Assembly: GCA_964187785.1 (NCBI GenBank)
Contig: OZ076409.1
Location: forward strand, 58,902,001-58,966,000
DNA length: 64,000 nucleotides
Direction of reading: 5' to 3'
Source of the DNA: Amphiscolops sp. MND2022
Lineage: Eukaryota
The position numbers and the translations under genes were made by a program. The notes under the pieces are model-generated. The model was given only the letters and a program-made list of their open reading frames with translations. It had not been told where the DNA came from and did no database searches. Positions 12,570 to 24,885 of the stretch are shown piece by piece (positions within the stretch are counted from its first letter, which is position 1; each line of letters starts with the position of its first letter).

Positions 12570-15500
12570 GATGATATTTCTAATTCACCACTTCTTTGGC
12601 TTAGTTACTTCTGGAGGACGCTGCGAAACCCTGGATACGAATGGAAACTATGGATACAGCTTTTCTAAGTGGCAGTATTGGCTAGAAACTCACTTTCCAA
12701 GTGTGAGCTGTTACACGAAGCAGATCCACAAAATTCCAGAGAAGCATCACTGATGGGTTTAGCTGACAGTTATTCCAGCTAAAAGAAAATTTGCAAGTTT
12801 GCTATACATTTCAATCGGGAAGACAGGCGAAAATGCTAACTGAGGAATTTCCAAACACCGACATCCTGACATTTACAAGATATGGTACAAAAGTGCGCCG
12901 AGTGCTTTTAAACAAGACAAAAACGAACATCAGAACGTCACACATTCTTGTCCCGAAAACAAAAAGCTTTCGAATCGCTAAATCATTTTTGGAACGTCTT
13001 TAAGGGACTGGAAACACGCTCCGAATTTGAAAACCAAACAAAAGCCCTAGTTTACGAGATTGTCGTATTGAACTTGGCGAACAAACAGGTTCAAGGAGTG
13101 CTATTTATAGAGCTTAAAGAAAATCCCGCTCAAGGCCTCAAATTTGCTATAGCTTCTAAGACGGTTTAAAAAAGCAAAAGACATCTGAGTTTATCAGCCA
13201 AGAACCAAAGATAAAAGAAGAATCAGTGTGCTCGATAAGTGGAAGTAGTAATACTTCACGAGGATGCTGGAGTTGTAATGACGGAAGCTTCACCATGGAA
13301 CACCTGAAAAGGTGCAACTGAACAGATGCCATGTGCAACTATTGTTCAATAAAAGGCCTTTTGGAGAGTGTCTGTAACCCGAAAAAGAAAGACACAAATC
13401 AAAAGTTTGCCAAACCCAGAGTAAGTGACAATCGCAAACAGTTGGTTGACCAGCAAGAATTGGACGAAGATGGCGTAGATTACATGGTGTTAAAAGTTGA
13501 AGGAACGAACGAAAAGGGTAGAACCATTCTTCATGGAAAGTCTCAAAAATTAAAACGGGTTCAAAACAATGATCGACACGGGCTCGCCAGACACAATAAC
13601 TGCTTTTGACGAAATGAAGAAGACAATTAAACGAGATAACTTGCAGGTGCGTGAAATGATCAAAGGAGAACGATATGTGGCCATCAAAGCAGCATTGCAA
13701 AGAAAGCTGCTTCAGCTACTGGGATAAGTGTTTTTCAATCTTCAAGCGAATATCAGTTACATGAAGAAAACAAAGATTCTAAATGCCAGAAATGGGACGA
13801 AATTGATAATTGGAAGGGAATGTTTATCGGGAAGAGAATGTTTATCGACCCTACGATACAAATTAATGCCATAATTAGAAGGTGAATTAGATGTGCATTC
13901 AATAGAACAAAAGCAAAAGCATGAACTAAATGAAGAATCTAAACAAGTTGTGAATCAGGTTCCAAGTTTTTCGAAAAGACGAGGAAAAGTAAAAAAAATC
14001 AAGTACAAATAAATTTGAAATCGAACGCAAAATAACGCAGCAAAAAAGAGGAGAGTCCCTGTTCAACTACAAAAAGCGGTGGTTGGAGAAATCAAAAAGC
14101 TATTAAAAGATATTCATATTGAAAAAAATTAACGAAATAAAAGACGACGTATTCATTCAGCCAGCAGTAATCGCAGTAAAGAAAGATCGCTTAGTGAAAG
14201 TAGCATTATAAGTAAGAGCGCTTAACCAAGCAATAGACAAGGACAAAAACCAAAAGGCCAATTAAAAAGTTTCACTGGATACAATGGCAGAAAAGTTAGA
14301 CTTCGAAGAAGAAGCGTGGTTCTCATCGGTAGATATGACCTAGGCGTAATGCCAGTTGCCCTTATATCTACTAACAGCGAAGCATTGCAATTTTCAAATA
14401 ATTAGAGGAGAATCCATCGGTACCTTCAAATTTGTCACGCGTTTTTACGGTCTGTCGTTTCTGTCGACGCAATTTCAAAAAGATGATAGATACTTTTTTA
14501 GCAAAATCTAGAGAAGTGTTCAGTTTTATAGACGATATTTTAAATGCAATGAAGAGAGCCAGGAAAGACATAATTATATAAAGTGCGGTTAATTATGAAA
14601 ACATTGTACAACGCCGAATTACAACTAAATGCGGGAAATTTCAAAATTAGTGGTGGTTGGGCTTCAAAATGACAAGTCTGGAAATTTTGCCAAAAAATAC
14701 TAAAGTTCAAGGAATATTTCAAAAATAGCGACAAACTAGTCTAAAGAAACTAAGATCACTTTGGGGCCAATTCAATAAATTCATTCGAGATCTTGCTTCA
14801 ATTCGCTTTCAATTTAGTTCCAATTTAAAGAAAAACTCCACTTGAAAATGGGCTGTTGATCATGAAAAGGCATTCAACAGGGTAAACCAAGAAGTAAAGA
14901 AAGTAGCGGAGTTGACCAAACTTGGTGTTTGATAATCGCTAGATTATCCCTTCCATTTAAAAAGGAATAAACAGCTGAAAATTATCTGTGATGCGAGTAA
15001 ACAAGGTCTAGGCGCATTCCTACAACAGTGCGAGGAAAACCATTCGATTTTCCCGTTGTAAATAGGCCAGGGAGTGCGTTACAAATGGCAGACTCTTTGT
15101 CAAGACACCCGTCAGAATATGGAAGAAACGTAACAAAAGCGGAGGAATTATTCACCGATTGGTTCACCATAAGCGTAGTAAATGAGATTCCGTGGAGGAA
15201 GAAGTTTGATTCGTTCTTCCTTGGCTTAAGCGGCTGACTTTACATGGATCAGCGCCTTGTTTTTCCAAAGACCTGTACATTTTAGACACGCAGGATTCTA
15301 AAAGACGCAGCGGTTGTCTGATGGTCAAGAATACATAGAGAAAGTGTAGATAAAGCATTGTGCGATATTGTGCTGAGTGCCGCCAAACAGGTAAGAACCT
15401 AAAATTCATGAAGTCGCAAAATGTGGTTGAAATATTACCGGAAGCAAATAAACCAAATGAAGAAATATCAATGGATTTTGCAGGTCCATTTCAAAACGCC

Positions 15501-16630
15501 AATATGAAAAAACATTATTTATTAGTATCGCTAGATAATCACTCTGGGCGGCCGGAAGCTTTATTATTGCCTAATCTTACATCAGAAGATGTTCCTGATT
15601 TTCTAGCAGACTGTATATCGAAGACGATAATACCAAAAAAAACTCGAAGAGATGCCAGCACAGTGTTCAAAAGCAAAAAATATAAACAATTGGTACGAAA
15701 AAGTTCATCGATCATATAGTATGCACAGTAAGAGACCACCGGGGAAATGGAAACGTAGACCAAATGATTCGAACAATCAATCAAAAGACTAAGAAGAAAT
15801 AAAATGATACTAGTCGAAAAAAAAGTATTTCGGACAGATTTTTCGAACTGTGATCTGATAAAGGGCCTGACGGAAAATCAGCATTTGAAAAACAAATAGG
15901 AAGAGAAGCAAATACACCCAAATTGCGAATAATCAAAAAATCGAAAAATGCATTTTTGAGAAAGACCCCGGAATTTTGCCAGAGGACTTCAATGACGAAG
16001 CGTTCTCAATTATCTTGGTTCGCGTAAGCAAGAGGTTATCTTCAAGAAGTTGAGGGAAAATTTGTCGTCCAAACTAGCCATACGATCACAGTTTTGCCAA
16101 AGGGCGGAAAAGCAAGTAAAACAATTTATTCGAAACAGGATGTGGCAATAAGTTAGGATAGGCCATGTACGAGGAAAGTAGCAACTGAGGAAACACACAA
16201 AAAAAAGAAAAGATCAGCTGAGACAAGATGCGAAAAACAAAAAGAAACGTTTGCTTATTGATCACGACACGGGCCAACAAACAGCAAATCAATAGCAACG
16301 AATGGGAAATAGAAACAGATGGATGCCGAAGACCAAAACAGTGCAGAAGCCGGGCCTAGTGAGATAGAAACTCAACAAAACGAGGCTACAGAGGATATTG
16401 GCAATCACAGTATCAAAAAAAAACATTATGTTTCCAAAAGAAGAAATAAAGCGGGAAAGGAATATACCACACGCCTCGGCAAAAATCTCTCGGAAGCCAG
16501 ATAGCTGGGGCCACAACACAATGGTGGTCAAAATAGAAGCAGAATCAAATGGCCAAGAAGAACCCAGTCTAGCGAGTGTCATTGAGATACCAAATCCAAA
16601 CCTGCTACAGGAAAAAGAGTCGGCTTTTTA
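12570..16630 (+). mobile_element. Highly decayed Ty3/Gypsy internal region (family different from elements A/B)
   Basis: Knuckle remnant CNYC..KG...SVC (13331); RT remnants VDMT*A and FIDDIL (~14330-14540); RNase H IICDASKQGLGA (~14980); integrase ISMDFAGPF (15465). Ends approximate. Confidence 0.75.
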
Positions 16631-17509
16631 AATAAAAAAATTTAAATCTGTAGAAATTCTTTTAGCATAATCATCTAGGAAAAGAAAAACAAGAAGAAAA
16701 AGAATTATCTGACCAAGACGCAGAAAGGAGCTTCCCAGCTCTATGGTATGCACCAGTTGAGTTTTGAGAAGACGATAAGAATGTATCAACGCATGTGAAA
16801 TACTCTAAAACCATGTGCGAATTTTGTTCAAGACTTGTTTATGTTGTTTTCGAACTTGCGCTCAGAATATTATCATCTGAACTGACGGCACTTTGAGATC
16901 CTGACGACCAAAAATTGAATGACGTCTTTTCTTTGAACTCTCAGCGCTTTCAATATTCCCATCGGAGTCGAAATACGACCACAGTCTTACCATAACAATA
17001 TACCAGCAAACTCAAGTCATTGGTTCAATGAACCTCTCTGTTACTTTGAGAATAAATACCATGCAAAGTTATTATATTATCTGATACTTTCAATGATTTT
17101 TCCGTTTGGTAATTCGGAATATTTGTAATCAATAGTGAAACAGTTTCGCAATCGATTCAGCAGTGACAAAGTTAAAATGGAAATTCATTAAAGTTTAATC
17201 TTTGTTCCTTTATCCTCTTGAGGTCAGAGGACTTTGCCATTCGTATTATGATACCAATGCAGCGCCTTGACCTCTTAGTAAACAAATCTTCGTTTCCAGA
17301 GGAGAAAATAAATACCTCTTTACTAGACTGTCAAAACAAATAATTTCATCATATTCTTTTCCATCGTATTCGCATCTTATCACAGAGCCCTAATGGATTT
17401 TCAGCTAATCCGGTAATGATGAAACTATTGTTCTTGATGTTACATCTAAATACGCCCCCTGTGCGATACCATTAAAGTGAAACACTACCCTACGACGAGA
17501 GAGAAAGAG

Positions 17510-17511
<2 letters not shown>

Positions 17512-17549
<38 letters not shown>
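17512..17549. repeat. (GA)n microsatellite
   Basis: Pure AG dinucleotide run. Confidence 0.95.
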
Positions 17550-17552
<3 letters not shown>

Positions 17553-18051
17553 CAAATATGTCCAATTGGAAGCGAAATTAAGAGTGAATATTTCAATTTT
17601 AATTTCATTTCCAATTGGACATATTCTCTCTCTCTCTCAAATTTTTCCACAGTTTATTTAGCTCAAATCATCAGTTTTTCGTCAAATTGAATTGAATTGA
17701 TTGATTAGATTCCTTTAGACTAGTGAATTCAAAATTGAATTCACTTGTCAAATGAAATTTAACCTAGTAGCATATTTATCTATCACTAAGACACTGAGAA
17801 GAAAAATACCAGGACGCAGAGAAGAGCCTCTAAGATCATTGGAGTGCAGCCCTCAAATTTCAAGAAGGCTGACAGAGTGAGAACTTCTGTGAAGATTGGG
17901 CTTGTGTAACGTCCAGCAAAAAGTACATAATAGAGCTGGGACAATGCCAAGGCTGCTTGGACAGGAGACCTTAGTCTATCTACAAGACATCAACTTTTCT
18001 CCTAAAAACAAACGGTCTCCTAGGGAACATTTCTAACGTCAAGGTGACTTC

Positions 18052-18789
18052 TGATGTAACGGGAACCTCTGGTACAGCAATTTTGCAACTTGGACATGTT
18101 CAGAAATTTTGTCAGAAATTCTAATTTGATGTGTGACTTGGCACTGAGCATGTGATAGCCCTTTTCGCTGTTTTCGCCATTTCCGAGGCAAAACGAGGAC
18201 CGAGCAAGACCGAGCTAGAACACAGAGAACGAAAAAGCTTGAGGGCTTATAAAACTCTAAAAAAGAGACTCTTTTTCAGGTGCTAACCCTGGTTTTCATT
18301 GATTTTAGCATTATGCTACCTTCAGTAGCGGAAACCAGCAAAATGAGTCTTGTAGCTTAATTATCCTTGTTTGGTGCTTGGAGTCCCTGCGCCCCAGCTT
18401 GTAGCTGTGTGGTTTGAAATATTCGTGCCTGTTTTGATGTATTTTCACTGGTTTTGGCTAGCTGGAGCGCGCGCTAGTTTTGACAGTTTTAGACCTTTTT
18501 CCCCTTTTTAGAACTTATTACCCATGTCACCCTGGAATTTACCTTATTCTTGGCATTGTTTTTATGTGCTAGTTAAACGGTGGTCATTGGAGAGTCAGGA
18601 AGATGCCCGTTACTATTAGCAATCAAAGACTAGGACTGGTTGGACAGTATTCGTCGAAGCACCCACGGCCTCGGGACGTATTTCACCCTGTGGCGATGGG
18701 CGCCTGGCCCGAGCGGTTTACCCATTTCTGCAGGTTCCTCCACCTCTGTTAACGTGTTAAGCGACCGACAACAGCTTGCCGTTACATCA
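18052..18789 (+). mobile_element. Putative LTR of an unrelated retroelement
   Basis: TG...CA ends with an 11-bp inverted repeat TGATGTAACGG/CCGTTACATCA and an internal TATAAAA (~18248); no TSD found. Confidence 0.4.
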
Positions 18790-19301
18790 TTTTAGAGCTC
18801 CGAATCGACGTCCTAGCACATTCAAAGTCCAGACACGTACCACAAACACGCAAAAACGGTTTCTAGCCTTCCTATGACTTCCCACACACCTCCGAGGTTC
18901 AAAAATGTTAATTAGATGGAATGTATTTTTTTGGGTAAAGGCGATGACAATAATAGATCAAGCAGATTATATATCTCCAATTACCTGGAAATTAGTACAA
19001 ATACACTGACACACACCAAGACATCTGAATACAGTCACAACGAGTTTTTGAGGCAGTCCATGCAAAAATTGCATTATTCTTCTGATTAATTTCCACATTC
19101 TGAGGGCAGTTCTTTTGGTGCTGCTACGAAGCTGGACTCTTTCCAGCACGCACAGGCTCCAAACGGGGTTGTTGTGTGTTTTTCGGGGTGTGTCTAGCTG
19201 TTTGTTTTGTGTTCTGTGTGCGTGTCTTTTGTATTCTGTTTGTGTTTGTGTGTTCTTGATATGTCTTCCAGACTGACTTTGAGTACCTGCTAAGTTGGCC
19301 A

Positions 19302-19959
19302 TTTTTAGTCGGTGCTTTTCAAGAAAAGTGCCCGACTCTTATAGTGGGTAGTTTTTTCAGACCCGTAACGTTTTTTTTGCTCATTTGTTTAATTTGAACT
19401 ATGGATGTCCAAAACATACTCGAAATGCCAGAGCCTCGTCCAAAAAAAACCGACGTCCAGAACCTCGAAAACATACTAAACTCTCTTCTATGGATCTCTT
19501 GGTGTTTTTAACATAGATGCGTTTGGCACTCTGAGACGTTTCGAGAATATTTTGATTGCACCAAAATGTTTTCGTTCATTTTTTTCGACATTTTGCAACA
19601 GAATCGATGTCTTACGTTTTTCGGCACTGTGACACTGTTCAAAATTCAAAATTCTCATTTTCATTTTTCCCCGAAATTTTTTCACTGTTTCAAAAGGGTA
19701 CTTCCAATTGTTTCTGATATTTTGCAACGGGAAGGAAGGTGAAAAATCCAAATGGTGCCAGGAGCCCTTGGATTCTGCGAAAGTGTTTCGAAACTTCTTT
19801 GTGAGTTTTTCATAAAAAATGGCCAAGCACTAAAGGCATCCTTTGAGTGTTTCGAAACTTTATCGTTAGTTTTTTATAAAAAACGTCCTGAGATTATTGT
19901 AAAAAGTTTCGCATTTGAGCTTCAGGCATAGTGCCGACTTAACACGTTTCCGTCTTGTT
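19302..19959 (+). mobile_element. Helentron-associated non-autonomous element (HINE/DINE-1-like), copy 1
   Basis: T-run + AGTCGGTGC...CCGACT at the 5' end; 3' GTGCCGACT + small stem-loop + CTTGTT; no TSD. Confidence 0.7.
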
Positions 19960-20029
19960 CTTTTGTGCGATACTTAGAAACTTTGGTAAATTTTTGACAG
20001 GTGCTCTGTCACTAGACACGTGGACGTTA

Positions 20030-20757
20030 CCCTGGTTGAAAAAAAATGCGTTCCTTGCAAGGATCTTGCAAGATTTTCTTTCAAGGTCTTGCAAGATAAT
20101 GCATTTTTCTGCAAGACATCTTGCAAGAATCTTGCAAGAAAAAACAATTCCTTGCAAGATTCTTCCAAGGAGAAAAATTTCGTGGAGGGTTCTCGACAAT
20201 TTTTTTTAAATTCATTGTTTTTGACTTCAAGTTGACTACTGCATCGTGACTATTAGATTCTGTCACAGAACGAGGTTTACTTACTAGAGGATTCAACCAC
20301 CAAAAAGATGCAAACTCTAGAAAATATCTCTAAAAGTGTGATCTTAGTGAAGTTATTTGAAAAGTAGTAGTACATTTCAGTGACGCAACATTTAAAATAC
20401 AGTGTCAGAGTATTCTGAAAATTTTTTCCAACTAATTGTGTTATGTATCTGTTATTGATTTGAAATTAGACTGTGCATAATATTTCGATTGAAATTATTT
20501 TTCAATTTGTTAAATTACCCTTCTGAAATAATAGTTATTAACGTTTTTGACATTATTCTCAAATCATGACTACGTTAACATAATTTCTCAGTATGAAGTA
20601 CATTGAACTCAAGAATCTTGCAAGGAAAACATTTCCTTGCAAGATCTTTCAAGGAAAAAATTTCCTTGCAAGATCTTTCAAGGAAAACATTTCCTTGCAA
20701 GATCTTTGAAGGAAAAAATTTCCTTGCAAGATCTTTCAAGGAAAACATTTCCTTGCA
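20030..20757. mobile_element. CMC/EnSpm-like MITE remnant with CTTGCAAG subterminal repeats
   Basis: Starts CCCTGG; many CTTGCAAG palindromes; 29-bp tandem unit (~4.7 copies) at 20621-20757; second end not found. Confidence 0.5.
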
Positions 20758-21152
20758 CATCGACTGCAGTACCAGCTAACATTACATAGAAGAAAAAGGC
20801 TGTGGCTTCAGATGTAGATAACAATACTTGAAAGAATGATGATCTCAAGAACTTTTTTTTTTCAAAACGACAAAACGGTATACTCTATATAATATTGAAA
20901 CTGAATACACTTGGTTAAAGTATACTGCAATCCAAAAGTTTTAGTAACAAATCAGAACAAAGTTAAAAGTTGTTTCACTGTACCGAACATTATTTTTTGC
21001 CGAAAAACTGTCCAAATATTTTGAATAATTATTTTTAGACTTTATAATATAATTTTTCAACAGAAAAGTCAAATCAAGATCCTGTCGATCATAGCAATTT
21101 TACTACAGTAGTAATCGAAAAATGAAGTAACTCATGATAATTCTGGTCCATG

Positions 21153-22052
21153 TGTCGCAGGCTAACGACTAGAACGGTACACAATGTTCTACAACAGCAG
21201 TGGGACAGGACGTGTCCCGGGAACGCTTCCTACCTTTTAGAACTTTTACTATGTTAGCGGGAAATCATTAATTTTTGAGTTAATACAAATTGTTATGATT
21301 TAACGTTTTGTTGAGTTAAATAATCAGATAAGTCTTTCAACATTGCTGATTGAATTGCACAAGTTATGAACTTGTGATACGTTGTGTTCGAACTTGACGA
21401 CGTAAAGTAAACGAGTTCAAGTGCGCTAAAGTACTTTCTCAGCGTCGTTGTTTGAAACTAGGCAGTTAACAAATCAAGGCCAACCATTTTTTGTGCTATT
21501 ATTATACTTTGGTTTAATAGCCGGATTAGGCCATTTGACTGAACTATGCTGCTATTATATTAAAGTCAGGCAATAGGCAAATAAACACCAAATAGTGCTA
21601 GTGTACCAATAATCCCCTTCTTTTCGCTTATGTTAAATGTAGAAGTGCTTATTTGTACCCCAAAATACCCCAAAATATTTGCTGTTGACATATAAATTGA
21701 TTGATGCGTATTAACATGAAAGACTGAGTACCTGTCCAAGACCCAGTTCAGGTCATGAGACGCATGCATTTTTAATATCGGATAGTCCCATTAGCATTGA
21801 TGATAGTTTGTTTACACGAAATTTGTAAGGTAATACTCTCACATGACCACTGAAATAAGCGTGTAGGCACGTCCATTGTTAGAATGTTTAGGATGATGCC
21901 GTAAAAAAGGCCTCCGACACTTTGATGTAAATTAGTAACTTTAGTCAGGTGCCGTTTAAGAATTTTTAGTGACGGCGGTACTAAAAGTATGTTGAATTTG
22001 TGCTCTTGAAATCTACAAAATGTGAGTGTCATGCCGATGGGGGTATAGATAC
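21153..22052 (+). mobile_element. Solo LTR (relative of elements A/B), 5' part
   Basis: Begins TGTCGCAGG like the A and B LTRs; preceded by CCATG (21148-21152); encodes ...VPGTLPTF*, like the ORF3 C-terminus. Confidence 0.85.
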
Positions 22053-23753
22053 TGTCGCAGGCTGCCGCCTGCGATGGCAACATCTATACAATTGACCATA
22101 CGAGGCCAATTGCCCTACCTGGGACACCTCCATTATAAAACTAAAACTTTCAAACATTTAGTATTATTTTGAATATGTAATGTTGATTGATAAATTGTTT
22201 TATTATTTAAAATACATTTGACAGCAAGCTATACTGACAGGCAGAAAGGAAACGTGTTCAAATGTTTGCCTGTCCAGTATAGCTAGCTAAGCCGTCCATG
22301 GTCAATTGGCCAATCGGAGTGCAGTTTATAACAGCCATCTTAATACTCACTACGTAACTGCGCTAGTAGCTATTTAGAATGGACCAATACGGCCAATTAA
22401 CTTTGCCGGCCTTAATGTACTTTGATGCTATACTTGAATGATATTCAGTAACTACAAATAGGACGAAAGCGGCTATGCGACATAGCCGTCCCTATTCACT
22501 GTATTAATTGTCTTGGTGCTATACAGTAAATAAGGCCTATCACGGCCGGTTGACACGATGAACACGCAAGTGCTGTATACTGACCACATGAGATTGGTGT
22601 CACAATTGATTAGTGATGAAAAGACACAAGTAGCCCTCCCCCATGCAATAACAAAACGCATATATTGTTGACATGTAGTGTTGTTTTCGTATTATACTGG
22701 AATCAAATTAGAAAGCCCCAACGGTTACAGGCCGTATAGGGCTTACATGTATGTGCTCAAGCGTAATCTTGTTTTGTGAAACTGAAAGGGAACTGGAAGT
22801 CCCCTTACAGTTACTTACCATATGTATTTTACATGAATTATGTTTACATGTAAAAGTGTTGATATATATTACGTTACACATGAGTGTTATTACCTACTCA
22901 TCATATGGCCTAAACAGGCGCTTTGATCTAACCGCTCACATAGGCCTACGATGATGTCATGTTACTATTTATAGTGCTGACGTATCTATTTTTAGTTCGC
23001 GTGCTATTTTTAGTATCATGACCATGATAATTTTGCCTGTCATGTCCTCTGGGGTATATATACCCTAGTCGGCCTGACAAAGGTTAATTATAGTTTTGCA
23101 GTTATCTGATACATCACGCTCATTTTGGTTAACCTGAAAATAGAAACACTTGTCCACAGGAACAATTCAAATATTTTCTCCTGGAATAACATTTTCAATG
23201 CCTTCTACTAGGAGACAAAAAGCAAAGGCTAGAAAGTCAAGAGAACTAGATATGTTGTCCGATTATGGAAACATGGACATAATGCTAGGCGATGGAAATT
23301 CCAACTCTATAGAAAGAGCGTTGAACAGCCTCATTAACGCCCCAGATAGGCAGCAAGACTTTCAATCTTTTTCAAATCAAAAAAACTCATCTCAGGAAAA
23401 TGAGATTAGAGACATTGATAATAGAAATGAACCTATTGGGGAAAATAGACTATTAGAGTCAATCAATACTTTGTCAGGAGAAATGAATGCTAGAATGTCA
23501 AGGGAAATGGAGAGTATGATGGACTTCATGCAAACTCAGATTAGTAGGGCGATAAACTCTGCCATTAGTGAAAGGATAATACCTGAGATACAAAACATGA
23601 TGAGAAGTTCAACTTTGGTTCAACAAGGCATTGAGCCCAGTTCGTCTCTAAATGAGGATGAGATCGGAAGTATGTGGAAAAATACAAAACCTACAAAGAA
23701 GGACTCTAGGTCCGCTTGTGATTTGAGAGATCATACGGACAGTATTCCTTACA
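22053..23753 (+). repeat. 5' LTR of element A (1701 bp)
   Basis: Direct repeat of 36672-38365 with about 30 differences counted by eye (~98% identity). Confidence 0.97.
23052..23065 (+). promoter_or_regulatory. Probable LTR TATA box within a perfect palindrome GGGTATATATACCC
   Basis: ~135 bp upstream of the gag ATG; the solo LTR has GGGTATAGATACC at the equivalent position. Confidence 0.55.
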
Positions 23754-23767
23754 TGGTGACAGGAGCT
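23754..23767 (+). promoter_or_regulatory. Primer-binding site TGGTGACAGGAGCT (tRNA-Leu-like, inferred)
   Basis: TGG directly after the LTR's CA; identical in element B (53376-53389, -); one mismatch from the TGGTGTCAGGAG tRNA-Leu-type PBS. Confidence 0.8.
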
Positions 23768-24878
23768 AACGAACTCCAACATCCGATTCCTGAATTCCTC
23801 ACAGGACGAATTCACTCTCAGCCCAACCTCCTAAGACAAGAATCCACTCATGATACAACCATGGATACAACCAATAGCAGAGACTGTTCCGGCAGAACAG
23901 CCACAAGACCCTATCAATAGACTAGCAGATGTCCTGGTAAACCTCCAAAACAAACCCCACTCGATGACAATTCGACCAGTCACGACGAACCTCATGACAT
24001 TTGACGGCAAAACAGAGAAATTCGATTCGTTTGAAGATTTGTTTCATACAATGATAAAGATGCAGCCCGCTATGACTGAACAAATGAAAATAAACCATTT
24101 TCATTCCCTGCTCAGAAAAGGAGCACTGCAAACTTTCCGAAATATAAACCCCATAAACCGTCAAACATTAGAGGACGTATTGGTCATGTTCCGCAGAAAG
24201 TACGTCAAACCTGAGTCCCAGGCCACAGCTAAACATAAGTGGCATGGGCTCATCTTTGATCCCAACACGATGAAATAACCAATTTTCTCAAAGAACTCAA
24301 CCAGGGTGCCGAGAAAGCCTTCGGGGAAAACGCCAAGAGCATGACCGATAGCCTCTTATACGCCAAATTACCCCCGAACTCAAGAGATCAGTGAATATGG
24401 CCCGACTGGAAAACGGGACCTACGAGGAGATTGTGGCACATCTGGAAAGAGAACTCGAATTAAACGCATTAGAAGAATCTGACGACCTACCCATTGCTAC
24501 AATGGCTTCGTCGTCCAACAAATCCCGAAATTTACTATCCTATGGCATTGACACCAACAAAAATAACCAATGCTCATACTGCAAGGCTGAGGACCACTTC
24601 TGGAAAAATTGTCCAAAACTGAAAAAGAAGAAAGAATCAGAGGCCAAAGATGGCAAGAAGCCTCAACGCCAAACTTAACCAGAATGCCCCACCTACAGCA
24701 AAACCAATCATCCAGCAGAGAAATGTTGGTGTGGCGCTGGTGCCCATCTTCGTCCAAAAAGAAATAGACAAGACTCCTCCAAAGATACAGAGCCCTCTGA
24801 AGACGAAGGCACTCGCACCAAGAACGAAAAATCCATAACGTCCTCATCAGGCCAATCGAATTCCAAACAGCCTGAATC

Positions 24879-24885
24879 AAAAAAC
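24879..24885 (+). promoter_or_regulatory. -1 ribosomal frameshift slippery site A_AAA_AAC
   Basis: In the gag frame just before TAA; the -1 frame opens into LILPRLQ (pol start). Element B has G_AAA_AAC-TGA at 51708-51702. Confidence 0.75.

Noticed and set aside
20621..20757. 29-bp palindromic repeats as a CRISPR array
   Set aside because: No unique spacers, no cas genes, eukaryotic context.
22457..22496. GGACGAAA + hairpin + GTC as a hammerhead ribozyme
   Set aside because: No CUGAnGA core in a usable position, and the stem III register is off by one base.
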